Assembly: GCA_016839585.1 (NCBI GenBank)
Contig: JAEOTZ010000070.1
Coordinates: 1 to 64,000, forward strand
DNA length: 64,000 bases
Direction of reading: 5' to 3'
Origin: Promethearchaeota archaeon
GTDB taxonomy: Archaea > Asgardarchaeota > Lokiarchaeia > Sigyniarchaeales > SOKP01
In this document: one piece after another, positions 30,001 to 38,743 of the stretch
Position numbering within the stretch: the stretch's first letter is position 1
Layout: the number at the start of each line of letters is the position of its first letter
Notes under the pieces: generated by a model
Databases searched by the model: none
What the model was told of the DNA's origin: nothing
What the model saw: the letters and a program-made list of their open reading frames with translations, nothing else
Program-made: the position numbers and the translations under genes

Positions 30001-30957
30001 TAATAATAAATATGAGAGATATATTATAAGAAAAGACACAAAACCTGTTTTGAATAATACTTTAGGTAAATTTCTTTTAGCTATAAAAAGATCTTCCTTA
30101 TCTACAGGTTGTATGGATGATTTACAGAAAAATGCTCTTATTGCATTTATTAAATCAATTCCATCTAATAATGAGATTTTTGTATGGTGAAAGTTAGCAC
30201 TAAAATTTGATTTGAATTCATTAGAAAGATCAGTAACAATTTCTATTAGTTTATCTATTTTATTGCTAGATAAAATCCCATTAATATTATAATACACACA
30301 AAAATAAATTGAGGTATGGAATGAATCAATAGAACTTAAATTTTGAGATCTAATTGATTCCACTTGAAATCTATTTTCAGAGGATGGTTCAGAAAAATCT
30401 AAATACGGACTTTGAACCACTTGATACGTATATGATATTTGAGCTTTATTCAATGCTTTGAGAAATTGATTTAATGTGGGATAAACATTTTCTGGAAGTG
30501 TTTCGATTTTGAATATTCGCATTGCTGTTGATATGGCATCCTTTTTATTAAAAATTAAAAGAAAAGTGGGTTCTTCCTTTATTGTGCAAAAAGATAAATT
30601 TTCAAAAGGATTTATAGAAATAAATTTATGGAATAGGTAATAGTATAGGTTTTTGAGATTAAAGAAATTATCAGAAAAAGCGAATATAAAAAAGAGCAAT
30701 GTAAATATTGTCAATCCGATTGAAATATATAAATTAGTAGTTAATAGATAAGTTGAAATAGCTAAAAAAAATAAAATAATTGTTAATGATATTCCTTTAA
30801 TTATGGAAAATCTCGAATTAATATCCTTATATGAAGGATTCACATCCCAAATATCCAAATAATCAGATGAGAATTCTGCTACTTCGTATGATTCTATCTT
30901 ATCATCTTTTTTGATCTTACTATTTGCCTTTGAAAGATCCTTATACATAGCACACAT
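27088..30957 (-). CDS. Membrane-anchored VirB4/HerA-like protein with degenerate Walker motifs
   Basis: Two N-terminal TM hairpins; LLITNGLSYNREH at the Walker A position, CLVFDYSG, IIVDLS, VIFIPNID at Walker B, GFGLICSANQ. Confidence 0.65.
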   Translation of the reverse strand: MCAMYKDLSKANSKIKKDDKIESYEVAEFSSDYLDIWDVNPSYKDINSRFSIIKGISLTIILFFLAISTYLLTTNLYISIGLTIFTLLFFIFAFSDNFFNLKNLYYYLFHKFISINPFENLSFCTIKEEPTFLLIFNKKDAISTAMRIFKIETLPENVYPTLNQFLKALNKAQISYTYQVVQSPYLDFSEPSSENRFQVESIRSQNLSSIDSFHTSIYFCVYYNINGILSSNKIDKLIEIVTDLSNEFKSNFSANFHHTKISLLDGIDLINAIRAFFCKSSIQPVDKEDLFIAKRNLPKVLFKTGFVSFLIIYLSYLLLSLIFPLGFIILINFLLELLIICIWWREILFYFLKSRLSRNLELTQINPFTDVEFYRLKKYNDLIFTYINNQLLLASKIFNLKFAAQPTLTYFDKFIRGIDKYKIIFNYNLQVTPISANLFSKECLKLLNDKTKESLEGILYITLDKTSSKKVKHPEIEFEKWLDMRSGVWKTMLTVSTSSYLFTKDLTFKNFIELDKELSTNAKILKRTFEDNFLNFKLVGLKNQLLISGFLSECLKNHSFRLNGTHLNYVYFQGKSLIELAKIVNEFKKGIDTRIAAEFNTPLQLNNFITIGNTINTEFLDEEVPFGLTFDQLRQLLITNGLSYNREHAKMKIVSELVKANKSCLVFDYSGKCSKLINFFKDSQYNRNILYFKLGSSFSIDLKHSGMKYDKNNIDYLNLFFDTFALAFKAEKRYVDLLKDSFLKQDELDVSSISLDLEMKNKWERDYKTNNLIAIFRDFRSQSQIFSNLTLDHEDEINPIDFLRNDKSIIVDLSILKDLEQKTFVTFIIISKLIHYLQNSTDYYKKVIFIPNIDMFFDSFFIDNNYNTTNYGKVSKFLEPFLECGFGLICSANQIRYLHPNVFSFLHNIITFRATDTRDIAVLKNQMNLQELQGTGYYSSKRNNTYQINYLMNMRENEVIIKRTDIYQPFPGVIELTELKGIQPLQYEKILIYMEKQGYKLKLAERRITEKAKKTLFEKDLGLYIDFIDEIINFLNAVKTVDKVGGLYRQKLKSELSKFIASKASKKVKNKKQISELRDDLFHILVKHGYLVEAHPHKAGGSESIRTCYKVGTKYDEALNDYFQTKGDYLTNASVEVIERNSDSDSNILDYFRKETKKDIINHEKFNEILLEQCSKLLWKSYKIFSANNKNEYGKSLKIGENFIKDFLINLHQSYLQENDISIPEINDPEIFFDHLAKNNLIPLTKDELRDYFKKYKEIISNTSNIEKTVKNLHDLLFEFYTKFQSYIS

Positions 30958-30963
30958 AATTAA

Positions 30964-32424
30964 TCATTTTCCAAATTTATTTGTTAAATAGTTTTTAATT
31001 TTATTACTGATTGTTATATATAAATAAAAAATTAAATTTGGCATCAATCTTTTTATAATACTTAAAAATTCCGTAAATATAGTTCTTAATATTGAATCAT
31101 TCTGATGAATAGCAGTATAAGCTATTCTTAGATAATAGAGTACATTAGTATTATTTGGATCTTTTTCTAAAGCCTTTTTACATAATTCAATTGTTTCATC
31201 AAAATTTTCATTTTCAATTAAAACCTCACATAAAGTATTTAATGCAGGTTCCAAAAAAGGATAAAAAGTTAGAGTATATCTACATGTCATGATAATCCCT
31301 TCAACATCTTTTAGTTTTCTACAAATATTAATTAGGAATTTTAATGTATTAGGTTCTTTTGGATTAATTTTAAAAGCTTCCATATACGAATCCAAAGCTG
31401 ATTCAAAATCTCCTTTTTCTTCATACACTTTTCCAAGTGAAAACCAAACCTCCAAACTAGCTGATTTGAATTTAATTATTTTTTTATAGGTATTAATTGC
31501 TTCATTATACTTTGAGATTTTATGATATGAAGACGCAATTTCATTTAACACGATAATATTATTTGGAAGAATTTCTAATGCTTCCTTTAATGTTTTAATC
31601 GCTAATCTATATCTAGATTCTTCTTTTAGAAGGATTCCAAAGTGTAACCAAACACCAAAATGTCTTCTATCTATTTTTAAACTATTCAGAAAAGCATAAA
31701 TAGCAATATCAGGTATATTATATGCTTTACAATACATGCCTATATCATACCATAATAGAAATTCTTCAAAATAGTATTTTTCTTTTAAAATATTAAAAAA
31801 AATATTAAAGATATAATTATGTATATGATTTTTTAATTTTTTAAACCCTATAGCTAAGAAGAAGATTATTTCATCTGTATTTAAATTCAGATTTTTATTG
31901 GATTCCATTTGAAAAACGTATGCTTCCAACAAACATTTAAATTCATATTCAGTTAAAATATCTACATATCCTTCATTATACAAAAAATGTTTGTTTTGGA
32001 GAGAACCATTTAGGAATCTTGCTGCAATCTCATCTTTAAATACCTTTTTTGCAGAAAAATCACCAACTTCAGTCAATTTCTTTAATAATGGGAATGCTAG
32101 ATTACTATGAAGTAATCGAGTATCGTATCTATTTTCATACCATGTCTGTAAATTCGAACAATGCCCCCAGAATTCCATTTCAGATGAGATATCATATTGT
32201 AGAGGTGAATTTACCTCTAAAGAATTATCACAATTTTCTTTAATATCATCAATAGAATTAATATTCTCATAGTCTTCTATTCTATCGATGGGGATATTCA
32301 ATAGCAAGTATTTGCAATTGATAAATTTCTCATTATTAATATAAATTGCAGTCTTATTATATTCTAATTTCAGGGTAATATATTGGTTTACTTGAAATTC
32401 TTTACTTTTTAATGATATTGACAT
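30964..32424 (-). CDS. TPR protein with Lokiarchaeia-type N-terminal domain
   Basis: ITLKLE..KT.IYIN...EFWGHCSNLQTWYEN.YDTRLLHSNLAFPLLKKL; C-terminal TPRs; ATG 32424 preferred. Confidence 0.8.
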   Translation of the reverse strand: MSISLKSKEFQVNQYITLKLEYNKTAIYINNEKFINCKYLLLNIPIDRIEDYENINSIDDIKENCDNSLEVNSPLQYDISSEMEFWGHCSNLQTWYENRYDTRLLHSNLAFPLLKKLTEVGDFSAKKVFKDEIAARFLNGSLQNKHFLYNEGYVDILTEYEFKCLLEAYVFQMESNKNLNLNTDEIIFFLAIGFKKLKNHIHNYIFNIFFNILKEKYYFEEFLLWYDIGMYCKAYNIPDIAIYAFLNSLKIDRRHFGVWLHFGILLKEESRYRLAIKTLKEALEILPNNIIVLNEIASSYHKISKYNEAINTYKKIIKFKSASLEVWFSLGKVYEEKGDFESALDSYMEAFKINPKEPNTLKFLINICRKLKDVEGIIMTCRYTLTFYPFLEPALNTLCEVLIENENFDETIELCKKALEKDPNNTNVLYYLRIAYTAIHQNDSILRTIFTEFLSIIKRLMPNLIFYLYITISNKIKNYLTNKFGK

Positions 32425-32438
32425 TTCATCCCCACAAA

Positions 32439-32954
32439 TTATAGATAATATGCCTGTTCTTGGCAAAATATTTTGGTTCCTTGATGGATTTTCACAACTT
32501 CAGTCTGTGGAGTATGATTTACTACTATTAAATCAATTTTTTCACTTCCACACCGAAAAGTTAAAATGTCTCCTTTTGAAACTACTCGATCCTTTAAAGT
32601 TTTTACTAAAACGTCTGGGGATTTTAGAATTATTCCTTTTTTATATCCTGCAAAAGAAACTTGTTGAGCAAGATAATTTTTTGTTTTTTTAGTCCTTACG
32701 ATATCTTCGAGAGATGCATTAAGATTTCTCCTTAATAATGCGTCAATTCTGATTATATTTGTACCTTCATCTCTAGGATAATTAGGAGACACTATTGCAG
32801 CGGTTAATTTTTTTTTAGAATCATTATAAATGCAAATGGTATCACCAACGTCGATATTACTCTCTAAAACTATTTTTGGATCAATTCGAGCAATGCTCTT
32901 CCCGAAATCACCTTTAAAGGCATCTTTAACCTTTAATTTTATGTCATTTATCAT
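32439..32954 (-). CDS. Stand-alone CDC48/p97 N-domain protein
   Basis: LKVKDAFKGDFGKSIARIDP...IRIDALLRRNLNAS; colinear with the N-domain of 36427-38709; no AAA domain. Confidence 0.85.
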   Translation of the reverse strand: MINDIKLKVKDAFKGDFGKSIARIDPKIVLESNIDVGDTICIYNDSKKKLTAAIVSPNYPRDEGTNIIRIDALLRRNLNASLEDIVRTKKTKNYLAQQVSFAGYKKGIILKSPDVLVKTLKDRVVSKGDILTFRCGSEKIDLIVVNHTPQTEVVKIHQGTKIFCQEQAYYL

Positions 32955-33038
32955 AATTATAATTTCTTTATTCTCAGTCTATTTAAATAAAAAAATAATA
33001 GTGAATATATTTAAAAGAAAAAAAAATAGAAAATGGTA

Positions 33039-33278
33039 TTTTTTATAATGGTACTCGCAGAAAAGCAAACTCATAAAATCATTGGTGCATCTTGTATAGG
33101 TGTTGAAGCATCTGAATTAATCGCGGAAATTGCCTTAGCAATGCAACATGGCTTAACAATACATGATGTTACAGAAACTATTCATAGTCATCCAACAGTT
33201 TCAGAAATGGTCCTAGAAGGGTGTGAAGCCGTAGTAGGAAAAGCAATCCATAAAAAAGGAAGACCTATTCACCATTAA
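33039..33278 (+). pseudogene. lpdA: Displaced 3' fragment of lpdA (attR side)
   Basis: FIMVLAEKQTHKIIGASCIG...HSHPTVSEMVLEGCEAVVGKAIHKKGRPIHH*. Confidence 0.9.
33057..33145 (+). repeat. attR-like direct repeat (89 bp)
   Basis: Identical to 9328-9416. Confidence 0.95.
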
Positions 33279-33459
33279 AGTTAACTTTTAAATGTGAATG
33301 TATTATTTTTTTTTCTCTATTAATTGATACAAATTTGTTAATGATCAATCTCTAGCATTTAGATGCCGAAATCCGAACACTTAAATATCTTGTTTGATAA
33401 TTCATATTATGGAAAACAGTAATTAAATATTAAATTTTAAAAAATTAGGAGGTAAAATT

Positions 33460-33789
33460 ATGTCTAAAATAATAAGATATTCTAAAGAAGTTAAAAGGAA
33501 AATGGAACTAGAAGATTTTAACCTTATAATTGAAAAAAATGATAAAATTAAACCTCAAGTTAAAATTGCAACATTCAATCTCTTACAAGAACGACTTCCT
33601 TATGAGGATTTATGTTGGCAACTTGCTGAATTTCAACTATTATTTGAAAAAGGTCGTAAAAATTATTCAGAAAGAGATATTTGTGGAAGAGCTAAGGCAG
33701 TTTTTGACTCCACTTTAACTTATGTTGAGCTTTGTTGGCTCATTTGTGAATTTAAATCATATCTTAAACAAGAAAAAGTCTATCCATAA
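33460..33789 (+). CDS. Small protein with duplicated helical motif
   Basis: LPYEDLCWQLAEF / LTYVELCWLICEF; GGAGGT SD. Confidence 0.75.
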   Translation: MSKIIRYSKEVKRKMELEDFNLIIEKNDKIKPQVKIATFNLLQERLPYEDLCWQLAEFQLLFEKGRKNYSERDICGRAKAVFDSTLTYVELCWLICEFKSYLKQEKVYP

Positions 33790-33830
33790 ATATTATTTTT
33801 TTTTTAATAAAAATAAGCAAGAAAGAAATT

Positions 33831-33917
33831 ATCCTGCTAATTCAAAGAGTATAATTTTCTCCGAAAACCCTTGCTATGGGTTAGTTTCCTCTCAACTATA
33901 ATTTTTTTGAAAGGATC
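33831..33917 (-). promoter_or_regulatory. Candidate SECIS stem-loop in the hdrA 3' UTR
   Basis: UAUAGUU/AAUUAUA stem, GAGAG/GGAGAA internal loop, GAAA/UUUC, UAA bulge, CCC/GGG apical stem; outer UUCAAA/UUUGAA and AUCCU/AGGAU. Confidence 0.45.
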
Positions 33918-35967
33918 ATTCTATTTCGGGTAATATTTTAAGAGGAGTTATTGCTTCAATTTTGCTCTTTATATATTCAATTAATTCAATGTTTTCTACC
34001 TTATATTCAATTTCAGTACTACAAATTCCTTTTATTTCTTCAATAATTTGTTTATCTCTATAATATTTAAGATCAATTGCTCGAGCAGGACAGGATGTTA
34101 CACAAACTCCACAACCTTTACATTTTAGACTATCTACTTCAGCAAGGCCTTCTTTATTAACCAATATAGCTTTGTAATTACACACTTTGCTACATCTATG
34201 ACAACCCATGCAAAGATTTTTGTCTACTTCAGCAATTATTAATTCTTGAGTTATTATATCTTTAGAAAGTAATGTTGATACTTTGCTTGCTGCGGCTAAT
34301 GCTGTTGATACTGTATAAGGAATATTTTTAGGACCTGTTGCACATCCACAAATATAAATACCCATATTGTTTGTCTCTTGAGGTTTTAAACATCCATGAA
34401 CTTCAGTTAAAAAACCATTTACATCTTTACTTAAGCCTAAAATCTCGCTAATTTTTGCTGTATTTTGAGAAGGGACCATACCGGTTGATAATACAACCAA
34501 ATCTGCATTTGTTGTAATGATTTCACCAGTTAAGGTAGAAGATGCATGGATTTTTAGTTTTTTTGTATCCGGATCTTCCCGAATATCTCCAACTTTTCCC
34601 CGAATCATCATTATGCCTGCTTCTCTTGCTTTTCTATAATATTCTTCATTTCCTTTATCCCATGTTCGAATATCTATATAAAAAATAGCAATATTCATAT
34701 CAGGATATTCTTGTTTTAATAGTTGAGCGTTTTTAAGGGCAACATTACAGCATACTCCAGAACAATATGGATTACCTTTTAAGGATCTACTGCCAACGCA
34801 TTGAATCATAACTACGGTTTTTGGGGTTTTTCCATTAGAAATCTTATAAAGATGTCCATTTGTTGGTCCAACCGGGCTTAACATACGTTCTAACTCTAAT
34901 TGAGTAATTACATCAGGGTAAATACCATATTTATATTCATTACTTCTCATAATTGAGTATTCATCCCATCCTGTGGCCATGATTACTGCTCCAACTTTTA
35001 AATCTACATACTCTGGAACTTGTTCAAAATCAATAGCCTCCGCATGACAAGATCTTTGGCAATTTTTGCATTCTATACACGTATTCTTATCAATTAGGGC
35101 AATCTTAGGTATTGCTTGAGGAAAAGGTATGTAAATTGCGCTTCGTTCCCCAATGCCTCTATTAAATTCGTTAGGTATTTTTATTGGACATTTTGCCATG
35201 CATAATCCACAACCAGTACATTTACTTTCATCAACATAACGGGGATTTTTTCTTATTTTAAAATCATAATTCCCAGGGATTCCACTGAACCCGACAATAT
35301 CACTATAAGTCATTAAATTTATATTTGGATGCTTTGAAGTACTCACCATAATAGGTGCAAGAACTCATATAGCACAATCATCTGTTGGATAAATTCGATC
35401 TAATTGTGCCATTTTTCCACCGATAGTAGCTTCTTTTTCTATTAAATAAACAATAAATCCTTGATTTGCTAAATCTAATGCTGCATTCATCCCAGCAATT
35501 CCTGCACCAATAATTAATACAGCCTTTTCCAATGAAATTTTATTATATGGGATAATTTCTAATTCCCGTGAGCGATTTATACCTGCTTTTATTAATCTAA
35601 TAGCTTTTTTTGTTGCAGCTTTTTTATTACCAGAATGAATAAATGAACAATGTTCCCGAATATTAACCATTTGAAAATAATAAGGACTTAATCCCGCTTC
35701 AACTAAAACAGCTCGGTAGGTGGATTCATGAATTTTTGGTGTACAAGCAGCAACAACAACTCTATTTAAATTTAGTTCTATAATATCGTTTTTAATAATT
35801 TTTTGCCCTGAATCGCTGCAAGTAAAATCATTAACTCTGGCAATAATTATATTCGGGAGGAATTCAACATAATCCCTTATAAGATCACAATCAATATTAG
35901 CACCAATATTAACTCCTCATCTACAGATATATACTCCGATTCTCACTATTGTCTGCATTTCAGACAT
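33916..35967 (-). CDS. hdrA: Heterodisulfide reductase subunit A, selenoprotein (683 aa; Sec17, Sec201)
   Basis: One continuous frame from ATG 35967 with TGA at 35917-35919 (GVYICR-U-G) and 35365-35367 (PTDDCAI-U-VLAP), both at conserved Cys positions; joins the track ORFs 35365..35670 and 33916..35349. Confidence 0.92.
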
Positions 35968-36426
35968 TTAATCCACCTTTGTGAAACATCACCATTATTT
36001 TTTAAAATAAAATTTAATACATTTATGATTTCAAAAATAATATTGATTGTTTTAGTGAGTGATATGATCCCTATGATAAATATAAATTATCAGGTTATAT
36101 AAAGATGATCATTTTCGTGTATTGTGTGATCGATATGTATACACATCGATAGGTTGAATGGTCGATAACCTAATTATATTGTTAGGATTTAGTCATTAAT
36201 ATTATGGAGAGTGAATCATATAATGATCAATCCTGTCTATTAATTGAAAAAAATTTTTAATCAACATAGGTGAAAGAAAGTAGCAAAATTGCACAATTAT
36301 GTGAGGTTTTTTTACCTGCTAATTCTAGAGAGTAATAATTAAAAATAGTATTTCCAATGATTAATGTATTTTAATCCAATCTATAAAAAGGAAAAAATTT
36401 TTTTGGAAAATTGAATTCAGGATGAC

Positions 36427-38709
36427 TTATCTATATATTTCCCCGTAGGAAACTTCCTTGTAGGATTTATTTGCTTGATCTGCAACTTTTTTGATTTTTG
36501 CTATAGCTTTTTCAAAGTCTTCTTGGGAAATTTTAATTTTAGAATAAGAGTTAGGATTCGATGCATCAATATCAATGTGGAAAACACCTTTTCGAATTGC
36601 TAAAATTGTAGCTTCTTCACATACTGCTTTAATATCAGCACCACTATATCCTTCTAATTCTTGAGCTAATGATTCTATATTTATTTCATCATTAATAGGA
36701 CGATCTTTTAGATGAATTTTGAAGATATTTATACGAGTATTTTTACCTGGGAGAGGAATTTCAATATGTCTGCCAAATCTACCTGATCTAAGTAAAGCAG
36801 GATCGAGCAAATCAGGTCTATTAGTAGCTGCAATCAACACTACATCTTTCAATTCTTCCAAACCATCCATTTCAGTTAAAAGTTGTGCTACAATCTGATT
36901 TATTACTTTTGTATCAGAAGATTCTGAACGTCTAGATGCGATAGCATCTATCTCATCAAAGAAAATAATACATGGTGCCGTAGATCGTGCTTTGCGGAAA
37001 GTCTCTCGAACAGCTTTAGCACTTTCTCCTACCCATTTAGATAAGAATTCGGGACCTTTTACTGAGATCAAGTTAATTTCAGTTTCATGAGCAAGAGCTT
37101 TAGCAAGTAAAGTTTTTCCAGTACCAGGGAGACCATATATAAGAATACCATTAGGAGGTCTTGATTTCATATAATTATAAAACTCTGGATATTTTAAGGG
37201 CCATTCAACTATTTCTTTTAATTCTTGTTTTGCTTCCTCCAGTCCCCCAACATCATCCCATGTTTCTGAAGGATGAGTTATCAACACTTCTCTTAAAGCT
37301 GAGGGCTCAATGTTAGTTAGAGCTTCAAGAAAGTGGTTCATTTTAATTTTTAATTCATTTAAAACTACTTCCGGAACTGGTTCATCTAAATCAATTTCAG
37401 GAATTATTTCACGAATAGCAATGATTGCAGCTTCTTTGCATAGAGATTTTACGTCTGCTCCAACAAACCCGTGAGTTTTTTCAGCTATCAATCTTAAATT
37501 CACATCTTCACCTAAAGGCATTCCTCTGGTATGAATTAATAATATTTCAAAACGTCCATTACTATCTGGGACTTTTATTTCAATTTCTCTATCAAATCTT
37601 CCGGGTCTTCGTAATGCAATATCAATATTATTTACTTTATTTGTTGCTCCTATTACAATTACCTCTCCTCTTCCTTTTAAACCATCCATAAGGGATAATA
37701 ATTGAGCAACAACCCTTAATTCAACTTGGTTTTTCCCTTCATCCCTTTTTGGTGCAAGAGAATCTAATTCGTCCAGAAAAATTATCGAAGGAGAATTCTC
37801 TTTAGCCTCTTCAAATATTTTTCTGAGATTTTCTTCACTCTGCCCAAAAAACTTACTCATTATTTCAGGGCCACTAATACTAATAAAATTTGCATCTGTT
37901 TCTGAGGCAACTGCTTTTGCTAATAATGTTTTCCCTGTGCCTGGGAGGCCATATAATAAAACCCCTTTAGGTGGTTCAATTCCTATTCTCTCAAAAAGTT
38001 CTGGATGCCTTATGGGAAGTTCAATAATTTCACGAATCTTTTGAATTGATGCTTCTAATCCACCAATATCCTCATAAGTTACTTTTTCACGTATTTTCTG
38101 TAATTTTTCTTCAATATCACTTATCTTTTCATATTTAGCTATGGAACTTCTTGTTTCAATAGTATCTTGAGGTTTTTCTGTAAATATTATATTTGTATTA
38201 AGAGAAATTTTAACGGCTTCTGTCTTTGGAGTATAATTAACAACAACTAGATCAATTCTATGTCCCATTGCGTAAAAACTCAGACTGTCTCCCAGAGTAA
38301 TGACCCGATTTTCTAATTTTCTTGCCAAAGCTTGAGGGTCCCGAGGGATTAATGAGATATTTAATCCAGCAAAACTTACACTCGTAGCTAAATCTACTTC
38401 AATTTTTTTTATCTCCACAAGATCATCAATAGAAGCCTTTAAATTTCTCCTTAAAGAAGGATCCATTCTAATTACTTGTGTTCCATTATCTTCAATTCTT
38501 CCTGATGATAACAACGCAACAGTTTTTTTATTCACAAAAGGATGAGAAATTCTAATAACATCACCTACTTTCAACTTTAATTTTTTTATTACATCTGGAT
38601 CTATTCTTATAATTCCTCTTCCCGCATCCTCTTTAAAAGCATCTTTAATTCTTAATTTTTGCTCTGATTCCATATCTATAACCCTCATATCCTTTTTATT
38701 TTCTATCAA
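36427..38709 (-). CDS. cdc48: CDC48/p97 (VAT) AAA+ ATPase
   Basis: N-domain, two GLPGTGKT Walker A motifs, DELD/DEID, RRPGRFDR, C-terminal IYR (HbYX). Confidence 0.95.
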   Translation of the reverse strand: MIENKKDMRVIDMESEQKLRIKDAFKEDAGRGIIRIDPDVIKKLKLKVGDVIRISHPFVNKKTVALLSSGRIEDNGTQVIRMDPSLRRNLKASIDDLVEIKKIEVDLATSVSFAGLNISLIPRDPQALARKLENRVITLGDSLSFYAMGHRIDLVVVNYTPKTEAVKISLNTNIIFTEKPQDTIETRSSIAKYEKISDIEEKLQKIREKVTYEDIGGLEASIQKIREIIELPIRHPELFERIGIEPPKGVLLYGLPGTGKTLLAKAVASETDANFISISGPEIMSKFFGQSEENLRKIFEEAKENSPSIIFLDELDSLAPKRDEGKNQVELRVVAQLLSLMDGLKGRGEVIVIGATNKVNNIDIALRRPGRFDREIEIKVPDSNGRFEILLIHTRGMPLGEDVNLRLIAEKTHGFVGADVKSLCKEAAIIAIREIIPEIDLDEPVPEVVLNELKIKMNHFLEALTNIEPSALREVLITHPSETWDDVGGLEEAKQELKEIVEWPLKYPEFYNYMKSRPPNGILIYGLPGTGKTLLAKALAHETEINLISVKGPEFLSKWVGESAKAVRETFRKARSTAPCIIFFDEIDAIASRRSESSDTKVINQIVAQLLTEMDGLEELKDVVLIAATNRPDLLDPALLRSGRFGRHIEIPLPGKNTRINIFKIHLKDRPINDEINIESLAQELEGYSGADIKAVCEEATILAIRKGVFHIDIDASNPNSYSKIKISQEDFEKAIAKIKKVADQANKSYKEVSYGEIYR

Positions 38710-38743
38710 GAATTTTTAAAGCTTATATAAAATTTAAAAATTC

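Larger units (their letters stand above)
9328..33145. mobile_element. ~23.7 kb integrated element / genomic island in the lpdA 3' end
   Basis: 89-bp identical direct repeats at 9328-9416 and 33057-33145; duplicated diverged lpdA tail; accessory-type content. Confidence 0.88.

Noticed and set aside
33033-33278. Independent 81-aa gene
   Set aside because: It is the displaced lpdA tail at the island boundary
33888-33919. AUGA-UCCUUUCAA...UUGAGAGGA as a canonical eukaryote-type SECIS
   Set aside because: A 9-bp stem exists, but the 3' GA is not in register to form the tandem G.A quartet
33916-35967. hdrA as a split pseudogene (two track ORFs)
   Set aside because: Both interruptions are TGA at conserved Cys positions in one uninterrupted frame, which is the selenoprotein signature
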